Origin: Pocillopora damicornis | Lineage: Eukaryota | DNA: 64,000 nucleotides | Direction of reading: 5' to 3' | NCBI RefSeq assembly: GCF_003704095.1 | Contig: NW_020844573.1 | Location: 186,001-250,000, forward strand | In this document: positions 41,170 through 53,215 of the stretch, piece by piece | Numbering within the stretch: position 1 is the first letter of the stretch | How the letters are laid out: each line of letters starts with the position of its first letter | Notes under the pieces: model-generated | Databases searched by the model: none | Told to the model about the DNA's origin: nothing | Seen by the model: the letters and a program-made list of their open reading frames with translations, nothing else | Translations under genes and position numbers: made by a program

Positions 41170-44149
41170 CTGCAGATTTTGCAAATGAGTTGAAGCACTG
41201 GACATCTGTAGACAGCCTTAAAAGAGTCGAAGTTTTACAGGAGTACAAATGTTAGGTAAAAATTTTCGCAACGAATTTTTAAAAGCGTTCTAGGCAACAA
41301 TCTTAGCTTCATAATGTAATGTAAGAAAACTCCTTATGCAGAAATTTCATTCGTTTAGAAAGTTATGAACGATTTACACAGTTCTAAATTAAAGCAGCAC
41401 TTTTTAATTTGCAAATAAGACGATAAAAGGGAAGTACTTATGAAGTGCTTTCTCTTATCGAATACTATTGCATGTACAGATTCCCTCTCATATATGTAAA
41501 TATTTGTTTCCAGTTACCTTAACCAGGTAGTCGTGTAAATCTTGAAAAGATGTACAGAAATTGCTTATAGGAGAATACCATGCAATATCTGAAATCTACT
41601 TTGTAGCAAACACAACTAAATCTGTGAACCAGTTGGATGCAAAAGACAAAACAAATGTTGAATACTACATGTAAAACCTTCATTACTTCGCAAGAGTGCG
41701 CGGTTTCCGATCAAAAGTAACAGAGAAAGGGAAAGATTTTTCTCTCAAAAAATGTTACAGTCCTCGAACGGAAGGATTAGCCGAAGAATTCGATTTTTCC
41801 GAAAAAGTCACGTTTCGTGAGGCAGAACGTAGCAATTACAAACATTTAGAAGCCATGCTGTTCGCACCGGTTACCGCTAACAGTAAACTTTTCAAGTCGA
41901 GTCACGAAAAATGAGGCGTCAAAAAAAGTTTTGGAACACATTACTGCTCTTGAAGGATATGGTGTTCAAGAATTTGTTATTTCGTCGTAAGCATGGTCTA
42001 TGTAAGAGATAGGAAAGCTATCCTCTCCTTAGCCCTTGCATAACGAAACAAACGGTGCTTAGTCTTAAGGACGGTTTGTATCGTGTGATGATTTCCATTT
42101 TGGAAAAACAAAACCTATTAATTTATTTTCTTAACTGGTGAAAATAAAATTCCGCTTAACGCCAAAATAGCCATTGAAAATTTTGATTTTCCTTCCGTGT
42201 TAACAAGATTTCTTATCTTTCTTTCACTAAAAGCGTATGATTGTTAAGAGACGGCAATGTGTGTAAAGCTGAGCCTTGATTAATTAAACATGGCCACCTT
42301 GGCCTTCTCCACTCGCTTCAATATTTTTCGTGAAATTTCTTTTCAAAATTTGGGTTCGACATATCTTTCAAATCGAGGGACTGAGTAAAAGATTCACTTA
42401 CCATGAAGCGCAATTTCAAATTTATACTGCCATTATAATTTAACCAAGAATATCCTTATATCAATCAAGGACTAATATAAGTCTTCGAACGCAGTGAATC
42501 AGTGCAGTTCTTCAAGAACAACAATAACCGAAGCATTTTATAGAGCAACAAAGGTTTCTGTACGTTTCAGTGAGGCCCTCGTAAATTTTAACCTCACCAT
42601 AGCCAATCTGTATCATTGAGCTAGCAAATATGGCACCTTTTATCATGGCCAAACACAGTGTGTTTTCAAAGTAAGATAAGACTGTAAAGAGTGTTGGACG
42701 CTGGTTTTCACAGGGAGTGAAACGACAACTCAATTTTACATTCGCCCCAAGAATGAAGAGTCGAAGGTTAAAAGTTTTTCTTCCACTAAGTGCTGAAATA
42801 AGGATTCCCTTCGGAAATATGAGGGGGAGGAAACAGCTGGGAGATTTTATTTCTGCTGTTTGCAGTTTTTGAGTTTAAAAAGTACCCCAGCGAGTTGTCT
42901 GCCCCCTCGAAGTTCAAAAGATTTCTACGGTTCCCAGACAGTCAAGCTTTGTCAGAAAATGAGGAAAAAATAAAACTGATCTATTAGTACAAAAACATCT
43001 GAGGATTTTAATCGAAGCTGTGATGTACATCATATCAGCAACGTGAGTTATTACACAGGCCCACACAAAATATAGTAAAAAGCTAGCGGCAAGTTAAAGA
43101 GCATAATAACAGTGTCACCAGAAACACAACCGGTAATCTTTTAAAATCTGAAAAAAAATTAAGTCTTGAGTGCGATTGAACATATAAAACTTTGTAATTG
43201 TTATCAGCCACGTAAGCTTTTCGGAGGAATTCAAACGGGATGGTGCCCTTCCTGAATCCTTGCGATAGATTTAGAAACACATTACTCGACGAAGTCTTCG
43301 TGTAACTGCGGGACAATCGAACTCCGGAACCTTATGTTAAGTTAGTCAACAAAGTTGTTAACAATCTCAAAACGCAATTATACCAAACACGTAATCGTCC
43401 ATAAAACTTGCACAAATGATTCTCTTTAGAGGTTAGTAATTACACAAACTAAGAGAGGACTTTCAGTCCACAGAAGATGTGACATCCATAGGATTTGGAA
43501 TAACGGAAAATTTCACGCTGTATTCTGACTATTCGTGCACTTTTCTGCTATGAAAGCAGTCGACACAAACCTCACAATTTTACCGGAGGAGATGATTCGA
43601 TGCATAGAGGGGGAGACATATCTGTCGGCTAGCATAGGAAATCGCACAACACAACATAACAACAGATGTTTCGCAAAGAGAATAACACTACCAAGTAGTT
43701 TCAGGGGTGGAATCAAATTTAAATATTTTGTGGATTTTTATCCATCAATTTTCCTCAGCTTGTCTCCCTTGGGCGACAAACGAATACACAAATAAAAAAA
43801 AAACATTCACGAGGTTACAAAAACTTAGATTTTTATTTGGTGTCTAACCCAAAAGATGTCAGAATTTTCTATACTTAGCCATGAATAAGGAAAAATATAG
43901 AGTTAGTGAAAAAAAAAATTGAGAATTTTCATATCTTTTTTTAATGTGACCTCACTCACCATGGTCGATCAGTAAGTTTTAGTGGACACCGAACAAAAAC
44001 TTTTTGTCAAAGCCAACGGAAACATAATTACATTGAAAATGTTAGGTTATTTTCATAAACATTTTTGATCACATTTAAGTCAGTGCGACAGTCGAAAAGA
44101 GAGGTTAAAAAGTCAGTTGCTTCATACGATAAATACACAGGCTTTCTGG

Positions 44150-44460
44150 TTGTCTGGTCTCGACGTTCCGTCCGGGTGCACCAAGAATCCCACGCTTGAT
44201 TTTAGACGTAATATTTAATCGCTCTACTCCCCACCAGGGGGGAACAATAGCTAATCACAACCCTGGAAGCGGTCGAAATCGCTTTTGTGCAAAGCCTTTT
44301 CAAACGCTTCGACGTCCCGCTGTGCTCCTCCTGAGAAGCCATGCTTGATTTAAGATTAACTGCGACAGCACTGTGTCAGCCGCTGCGAAGGTGGGGCCAC
44401 GCACAACAGCACATGTAAACATTGTGAATGCAACCACAGAACGGACGCAGAGGAACAAAA
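44150..44460. promoter_or_regulatory. GC/CpG-enriched non-coding island, candidate enhancer
   Basis: CCCCACCAGGGGGG (44229-44242) abuts Sox-type AACAATAG (44243-44250). Also CCCGCTGTG (44316), CCGCTGCG (44380) and CATTGTG (44420). No ORF of 60 aa or more in the track. Confidence 0.35.
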
Positions 44461-47400
44461 TTCGTCTAACGAAATGATCACGGGAGCGTCTAAAGCTTTC
44501 GTGATCGTTGAATTGACAACACAGTTGGGTTGGGGGTATGACTAAAGCCGAACAGTGGAAAAAGGTTGAAGTTCGACTCCTTCAGACTGTTAGATAAGAA
44601 TCTCGACTAACCGCAACATTAAGCACTTCCATTATCGCGTTATCAGGGTTTATCATGTTGAGGTCAATTCAGAAAAGATTTTTCCGAGAATTTTTCGAGT
44701 AAACAGAAACGAAATATCAGTAGAGGAGAAAAAAAGGGTAGTTGTTAATTGAATCGATAGTTTGCTTGTTCGAAAAAAAAAAAAGAAGCTCTCTGATACG
44801 ATAACAATACAGTGGAGCTAACAGCGTGAGTACAGAAAAAGATTTTGTTTCCTACTTTGCGCCTTTTGAATGACAATGTTTCCATATAAATCATGCAATT
44901 TTTAAAACAAGGTACACTACAAGGGAAGTAATGAGGGTAGCTATTTTTACATGAACCGCTATCACAAGCACGAGATGTTATCACTAACGGTATACTTGCC
45001 CGTAAAGAGTTTTGGTATAGAACTCAACATTGTATGTTTATGCAAATTTCAAGGGATATTGATATTGGCGCCTTATGGTTGTTAGGGTTATTGCGAACAG
45101 GCTCCTAAAACAGTAATTTTTATGCAGGTACATATCATCTCGATAATACAAACATCACCAAAAGTTAAAAAGATATTCAAATTGATTGTGATACCTCCAA
45201 ACTTAAGGTTGATAACAGTACGAAATGAAAGCGTATCTTTAGAGAATGTTTGACGTTTTGCCTTGAGCTTTAGTTCATGCCTTCTCTAATTTATTTTTAA
45301 AATCTTTCTTAATCAGGCGTTTGATGAGAGACAGTTTCATAAAAAAAAATATACGTGGATTTCGTAACACTTTGATTTTCATTATCCTAGCGACCGATTG
45401 TTAGCGGAAGTCGAAACCATGAACACCAAAAAAAGTGCAACTGATTTCAAGGCGGAACTTTCAGGAATATAGTAGTACTCTACTTTTTCTCAGTCCCAGA
45501 ACTCGACAAAAGGATGGAAATTGTCTCATTAATTCGTTCTGTGTTAGCTGAATGCTCTTAATACTTGTTCCACGACCGCTTTTTGAATTGATTTCCTCGT
45601 AAAATATACTTTTAGAGTTCTCGACATAGGAATTGTTAAGAGTACTAGTATATTTTTTCCGAGGTTGAGGAGTGCCTAACATAAATGGCATCAAACATTC
45701 AGAGAAGAAAGCAATAATAATAGTAACAACAATTAGTTCCACAGAGAAAATTGTAACTCTTTAACAAGGCATGTTTTCTTTTCTTTTCGTACGGATTCTA
45801 AGTATTCCTCACACTTGGAGCTAAGCTTCACCAAAACAAACTTTACCTACAACAAATATGTCCCAGTGGAAGCTAAACCTAGACATAATTGCCATGCGAT
45901 GGAAACAGGACCAAAACTCCTCGCGAATTTAATTAACAGTCTACAGTTTAGCATTACAAAGAGATAATTCGAGAAGGCAAGTCAAGAGGCGTTCGCACAG
46001 CTCTTAGCAGTAAGTAATTATCGCAAACAAAGACAATATCTTCATCAAAGCGTTTTATAACAATGCCGTCAAAATTGTTGTGGCTACCGTGACACGTGCA
46101 CAAGCAAAGAGCAAGCGGAATTATCTCAAGAGTCTAATGAACGTCTGCACCAGATGTTTTGTTCTTCGCGTAAAAAAAAAGAAAAGAAAAGAAAAGAAAC
46201 ATCGCGAAAGCACAACTGTCATTCTCTTTGCAAAGTTCTCCAGTTTGACTTTCAGTGCTGGAGGAAGAAAGAACTAGACAAAATACACTCAGCTCGAAAA
46301 TATCATTTTATGCCTTCCATTAGATGAGAGCTTGCAAACGAGCAGTTCTCAGTTCGAATGTTTCTTATAGAAAAAAAAATTGACATAGAATAATTTGGTT
46401 TCTCTAGCAAGACTAAACTGGGTCCCCAGTCTCTCTCTGTCTCTCACTGAAGATCTCTTCTGAAAAACTACTGGCTACCGCAAATATTTTCATCGCACGA
46501 TAGTTTTTCTTGGTAAACTTAGTGAGGAGTAATACAGGAAAGAAACTAAATAACTGAAGGGCATCACTGTCGTTTCCACAAAGACCGTTCAGAAGCATCC
46601 TAGTCAATTGAATTACGACGAACGGAGATACTCTGTGTTTCATCACTGAATTTCCTCCAAAGATTACCTGCGATTTTACTGGGGAAGAAGTACACATTTT
46701 AAATTCGTTTTTACGAGAAGTTTATATCACAGAAAGAGTAGTCATATGTCTCAAATCAAAATTACTGTATTCCAATTTAACAGCTAAACGCTGTAATTTT
46801 TACATTGTTTCTGGACTTTCGAGGGTTACTCGAAGAACAAAGTTGGCTAGCCGAAACAATTGTTGAGGTATGAAACCAACTCTGTAAGAGTTAAATAAAT
46901 TGGTTAAATTTTCAGTGGTTTGCCAAAGACTTCTGGTTCTGTTTCCGGCTTTTCTTTCAAGAACGGGTCAACACCTACTCGTGGTATCACCGTGTTGACA
47001 CGATGAATGGGTGATAAATGTAACTTGTTGCAAAGTGATACGGTATTCTCGACTTCCTGACAAGCTGGGGAGGTGCGTCAAATTACTAATCCATTAGAAG
47101 ATGCACACAAGGTTAAAGCTATTTACTAAGATGCAACAAAGCTGAAGAAGATGTCTGTGATCAAAGCAATATTTGGAGGCCGTTCTTCAATAATCCGCCA
47201 AAACCTTCTTGAATGAAATCTTTCATTTTCAAGCAACTACTATAGTTAATTCCAGTACTGTAATAAATCGGGTGCATTGTTACTTATCATACATAAAAAT
47301 CCGCCCTGTTAGTGAGATAGCTGGACTCTTTCGCACTCTCTAATACTCGACTGACTCAGATTGTCGAAACATAAGCCAGCCACTGTTACCGAGCCTTTTC

Positions 47401-48874
47401 AGGACAACTCTCAGCCGTACGATCAGAAAACACAATCAGAAAATGTGTATCGCTCCTCCAAGCACAGAACAATCAGCGATAAATTGTCTTCTTTCTTCTG
47501 GCTTTTTTTTAATAATTTTTTTTTTTAAAATGAAAGATTTTTGCATAGATCAAAAGGTTAGCGAACAAAATTTCTTATAATAAACATTCTCATTCGTAGG
47601 TTTTGACATGCACATTTTGGAAAGTTCGGCGACATGCGAGATAGCGTCTTAAGCTTACGGTCTTAGCAACCATAAAGTTTAGGTTTCATTTGTACTCAGT
47701 TTGACAATACCACTACAAGATGCATGATGGAAATTCTAGTTGTGATAAGTTGATATAACTCGTAGATAAATTATGTGACCGTAGTTTATTGGAAAATTGT
47801 ACGAAATATGAGAGATGAGCAAGACTGCAAGGTGCACAGTTTTAAAAGCGATATAAAATTTGGATCAAAAATTAGATTTTTCGTTTAATTTTTGCTGCTT
47901 TACCAAATCATATGAATATGACAGTTTACGCTGGTAACTCTTCTCCTATAAATGTATCGTTCGTTGCAAAACAGAGAAAAACTTACAAGAAAAGGAATAC
48001 AGAGTACGCTATCGAACTTTATCATCATAAATAAATCAGTCTGGAATTGAATGTACAAGACTCTAGTTTAATCCCCTTTTGCTCTGATAAGTATACCGCG
48101 AACTGCTTAAGGGACTGCTTAAGTTATAACACATCAAACTGTCCATAAACGTGGCTTAGATCAGTTAATGCGATTTCCTTAAAAATATGTAACCTCAAAG
48201 GGATAGACGAGAATACATTAGTCGCTAGGAGACTCTCAGAGGTCAACATTCAAACAACAGTAAGGCATTGTTTGTTACAATATGACACGAAAAAACATTC
48301 GTGTTGTGGTATATATTCACAGCATGATACGAATGCCGCAAAAACGTGATGAGTGGCTCTATGATGCTCTACCTGGGAGGTGACGAATCTTGTGGTTTTC
48401 ACTTTATAATTTTTAGTAAATATTTTGGCAAGCTGTTGTAGCAGATCTTTTGGCGAAAGCATGTACGTCAGTTGTCCATGTCATTCTTGGACTATGGTCG
48501 TTGAAACAGAATAAGACTATTTCAGACCTCAAACCTCAATTGTTAAACAGAACTTCTCTAATTAAAAGAAAGTCTTAGAGTATGCAGGAAAATATTGTTA
48601 GCTTTCAATTAGGATTATATATAACTAACAATTAATTACTGCCGATATTGACCCTACTTCAAATAGGAGGGGTTGTAATAACACTTGAAACAGATTAGGT
48701 ATTAAGTAGAATAAAGCGTAACCTACCGGAAATTAATTGCATATGTTTCATTTCTGAGTTGGAAACGTAAGAATTTCTACACTGACCTGTTGATAACTGT
48801 TCAAATTCTCCATCTGAGAGTCAAAGATTTGATAGGCAAGAGAAACGATGTATATGGTGCTTAAGCTTCTATGA

Positions 48875-49174
48875 AGATTCTCTGCCCTTGGTAAACACTT
48901 CTCCACACCCGATCATCATCAGACGTTGGACATTCTCGTCGAGAACTTGAACATCTGTCAGTGCAATATTAGAATGCCATCTTCCTCGTTAAATGAAGAA
49001 ATAATGACGATGGAACGTTCGGATACGCTGGCAACGAAATTCATCTCTGCTGCACGAGCAGAGACAAGAGGCAACAGCCCATTATACGGACCCTACTGGT
49101 TGGTGTTCTGGCAAAGGGATGTTTCCCTAACTAGAAAAATACCGTTTACAATATATTACAAAATTCTCGAATGA
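48875..49174 (+). mobile_element. Possible decayed Penelope-like GIY-YIG C-terminal fragment
   Basis: Open frame reads SALGKHFSTPDHHQTLDILV...MERSDTLATK, loosely like the xxxHFxxxxH ... LxTLxPxGLN ending of Penelope endonucleases. Weak similarity. Confidence 0.25.
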
Positions 49175-50990
49175 CAAATATACCCCATGGTCAGTTTAGC
49201 ATCCTGCCGTTAAATCAGTATTTTATTTAATGTTTTGCAGAGCATAATTACCACAGAACAGTAACTGAGCCACTTTGGCCAAGACGCCTTCTTTCAAGCC
49301 GCAACAAGAAGCAATCTCGACAAGAGAATTTCCGCTCAGGATGTACGTAAAGCCCCCCATATTTAGCCTAAGGGTCTAAAAATGTTCCAGAAAGCTGCGT
49401 GGTTCAAATTAGTAAGAGTCCTCTCGGATAAGAGATATACACTGGCTGCTTCCCAAGAGGGAAAGTCGGTGGAAACCTCAAATGCTTGAATATCCTCAAG
49501 CTTTCAGTTTAACTCGATTGGGAGACAATGGGAGATAATAAGAGGAACAAAGACGAACTCTCGCTAATACAATCAACCAACCAACCAAACAAACATAGTA
49601 AAAACGAGCCCACAAAATAAAAACAGTGAACAAACAAAACATTATCTCCAGAAAAGGAAAAAAAGTTGGATAAAGCATAACTATTAAAAGCACAAATAAA
49701 GAAAGCACAGTACACTTAAAACACTTTGTCAATTAAGATGTACGATGCACACTACCTCAGCTATTACATTGTCTAAAACACCCGTTTTCCCCTTTATTTC
49801 TCAGCCCCTTGATCTCGTCATGTACTCTGTGACATTATCAGATTTTTATTTGACGTGAGGGAATTTTCTGTGTATGATGGCAATATGGCAGGAAGACGGT
49901 AAAAAATCACGAATCACTGTAATACTACTCTTCTTATTGACAAACCTCTAACAAATGAGAAACCTTGACTCTCTGATCATGTTTATTGTAAAAGGCGCTG
50001 ACGGCAAAGAAAAGGTGTGATATACCCCCTTCTTGTAGTTTAGTGCGTCTTCTCTATTCCTCACTGCCATGACTGATTATTACGTGCCTTACGGGTGAAT
50101 GGAGAACAATCGAGGCTACATGCCTTACCTTATCCGATTTGGCTTCCCTTCTGGCCATTTCCTACATTATCTTACCGCGGATACCTCGAAAATATGAGTC
50201 GATACCTGACAAGTCAAAACAAATAGTGCTTCAGTCCACAAAATTTTTCAATACCAGTTCAATACCACGCATTGCACCTTCAAATATTTAACTGAAATTT
50301 TCCACTTTGACTCGACTTCTCAAAATTCTAATTAAATTTGATTGATATGTATAATGTACTGAAAAAAAAATTTAAAGGAAACACCTTTTTCCCCTCTTTC
50401 TGGTTATTGCTTCTCAACCACCTGCTGACCCGATCTCCCGAAAACTCGCCAACCCTTTCTAAATTCCCTTGAAGGTTAAAGTTTTCTCAAGTCTACAATC
50501 TAGTCTTGGCCTTAACGCAGATCTAGACCAATTATATCTTTTCCTGGTCATAAAGAACGTCAAAGTTGAGTCAAATTCAAAATTCCACGTCCTCGATTCT
50601 TTGCATTTGCCAGACAAACGCTTCCAACCAATCAGAGCCTGCTTACGTTGTATTGCTCATGATAGAGTAATAACCCTGAGACTTCAAAGACGGAGGGGTT
50701 GCAGTTTTCCACAAAACGTTCTCGTCAAATGACATCAAAACTCGCCCACTCTGTATCCAGAACACCCCCCCTCTTACGGCCTCCTCCCAGACCCTCCCAA
50801 ATCACTGAGGACACAACCCTTAGAACTATCAGCAGTCATTTGAATCATACGTTTTGCTCGAATTATTACATATCGTACTTTAGTAATGCAGTAATTCCAT
50901 ATAGTGGCATTTTTCTCTCACTTGTAGCCTCGAGAAAACACCTAACTGATTGTACTGTCTTAACAATACATCTGCTCTTGGGATCTTAAT

Positions 50991-51325
50991 GCACTCTTTC
51001 TGACGTCATTGTCCAATTTCGAACGCTATCGCTCCACTTCGGATGCCATCGATCCATTACTGACACTTTCGTCAGATTTCTGACGATATCCTCCCTTTTT
51101 CATACTACTATCCATTTAAAGATACCTTCGTGAAATTTTTGACGCTCTCGTCCGATTTTGGATAATATTGTCCGATTTTTGACACTATAGCCGTTGCTGT
51201 CCGTTTTGGGACACTTCCCTCCGATTTTGTACGTTGTCATTAGTCAACGGAGTTTTTTTTAGACCATTTTCGGGCGCTATAGCTCAATTTTGGACGGTAT
51301 CTACTGCTTTCTGACACTTTGTCCT
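50991..51325 (+). repeat. Degenerate 20-bp minisatellite, approximate consensus GTCCGATTTT(T/G)GACACTATC, roughly 15-16 units
   Basis: Units in register at 51011 GTCCAATTTCGAACGCTATC, 51051 GATCCATTACTGACACTTTC, 51071 GTCAGATTTCTGACGATATC, 51150 GTCCGATTTTGGATAATATT and 51170 GTCCGATTTTTGACACTATA. Confidence 0.85.
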
Positions 51326-52511
51326 CTTTCAGTCTGATTATGGTAAGCACAACATCTTTCAACCAAAGTTACCATACTCTGGCCATAATTGAAATAAACT
51401 TGCTTCGATTTGTTTTTTTCTCCCCTTTACTTCTTTTAATCCCCGATACACCGGACCATGTTTCAATGATAATGAAAAGACAACAGGTACAAGTAATGAC
51501 TTAATTTGTCGTAAATAAATGTAGTGATAAAAAAGTCGACATCAACGATAACGCTTAGAAATAGTGTTTTAAAATCCGTCAAGGGCACGACACTCACAAG
51601 AGATTTTCACCGTTCGCCAATTTAATTGTGGATTTTACTATCAGAGAGGTGCTGAGTAAAGAATCAGTTTCTCTTTGAAGGACTCGCACCATCATGAACT
51701 TGTCAAATCGTTATTTTGATTCTGAAAATTAAATCGCACAACATGTAACACTGCATTTTAAAATACTGAGAATTCCTGGTGAACTTTAACAAAATCTAAC
51801 TGGCACCCCCATAAGACTCTCCGTTTGTTTTAAATGCTTCAATGATAATTAGGATGGAAACAATGCATAACAAAACTCGGCTTTCCAAACCTGTGCCAAA
51901 ACTTCTACAACCACCCTAAAAAATTCAAAAAATTTTCGATTCGATTTTGCCGTGTAAACCCACCAAGGCATCAATTAATTCTTTTAAGGCAACCTGCTCT
52001 CTGCTTGCTTGGGCGAGGTTATCCTTCCAGAGTGTCCAGCAACAAGATTGTTCAGAAAAATACGAAACTCGCAATTCAAAATATACGAATTTAGGACACT
52101 CACAATTGCAAATAATAGGAAAATTATTGAAAAAGTTGGAAAATGGGAACTTTATTCCCAAAACTAGGATAACATAGGAAACCAATACCACTATGAAGGA
52201 CAAAGATTAGATATTTACACCTTTTCTTTGAAAGACGACTTGGAATTCCATATTAAATTAATCAATGCAAATTCCCTGGTTTTAAAAAATACCCGCTGAA
52301 TTACTCCAGTTTCAAATTATGTGCTGTCTTTTCAATCTTTTAACATCAAACCAGCAGACAACACTGAGCAAACATAATAGATCCTCGGTGAAGTTTTAAA
52401 GCCACATTTCACTCTAAACTTGACATAAAACGACCAAAGTTCACTCTTAATTGAACTTGGAAACGATAGTTCCTCTTTAGCATGACTTAGCGACGACACT
52501 TTACCCTTTAT

Positions 52512-52733
52512 TTGGCTTTCTTTTCTTTGATGAGGAAGCATAAACACTTGTTGAAAGGGCTTTTTCCAGTGGTTTCTGATTCTTTGTGTAATTGACTTCC
52601 TTATAATCCTGATCGTCATAGTAGCTTACTGCTGTAGGAACTTGGCTTTCTTGACTTTGATGAAGAGGAAGCACAAACACTAGTTGATAGAGCTTTTTCC
52701 AGTGGTTTCATGTTCTTTGTGTAATTGATTTTC
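52512..52733. repeat. ~90-bp diverged direct duplication at the 3' end of the transposase relic
   Basis: 52512-52600 and 52642-52733 share TTGGCTTTCTT..CTTTGATGA(AGA)GGAAGCA.AAACACT.GTTGA.AG.GCTTTTTCCAGTGGTTTC...TTCTTTGTGTAATTGA. Confidence 0.9.
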
Positions 52734-53215
52734 TTTTGCTCTTCTCTCACTGCCTCAAGCTTCCTCTTTGCCTTTTCTTCATTTGATTTCGCTCTACCAA
52801 TCATGAGACGCCCATATGTTAGGAGAACGTACCGCAGCTAAAAGGCCATCCGTAAGGGGAATTTTCTCTTGTTTGCAATTCCTTGGATCGTCAAACTCCC
52901 GAGCGTCTTTAACAACTCTTAGGCCAACGATGGTCCTCTCTTCAAAGAGTGTCCTTCCTTGTGTCACAACGCAGGCAGTTTTTGCCAGACTTGCAATTGC
53001 CCTCACACCACTTGCACTTTCCTTCTTCAGGGGTTTTTAAAATGGGAGGTAAGACTGCAGATATGCAATTGATTTGCTATAAAACGTACGCATGCCGCGA
53101 AGTAGAGCCTTTCGATGCTCTGATTTATCCCTACAGTCAATACTTACAAGGCCACTTGCAAACTTTTTGCATGGGCCTCTTTCTTTAAAAATCCAGTTAC
53201 AACCCAACGTAAGAT
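52616..53215 (-). pseudogene. Decayed, internally deleted DNA transposase fragment (hAT-like, C-terminal half)
   Basis: Minus-strand translation reads LRWVVTGFLKKEAHA / KFASGLVSIDCR-DKSEHRKALLRGMRTFYSKSIAYLQSYLPF*KPLKKESASGVRAIASLAKT / VVTQGRTLFEERTIVGLRVVKDAREFDDPRNCKQEKIPLTDGLLAAVRS, then a K/E-rich coiled tail (EEKAKRKLEAVREEQKK). There is an in-frame TAA at 53037-53039 and frameshifts. Family call is from remembered similarity to invertebrate hAT-type transposases. Confidence 0.65.

Noticed and set aside
49496-49732. Hydrophobic, membrane-protein-like minus-strand ORFs
   Set aside because: Artefact of an A-rich low-complexity plus strand including (AACC)n/(AAAC)n.
23527-51325. CRISPR-like interpretation of the two short-period arrays
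   Set aside because: Repeats are degenerate and too short, there are no regular unique spacers or cas genes, and the context is eukaryotic.
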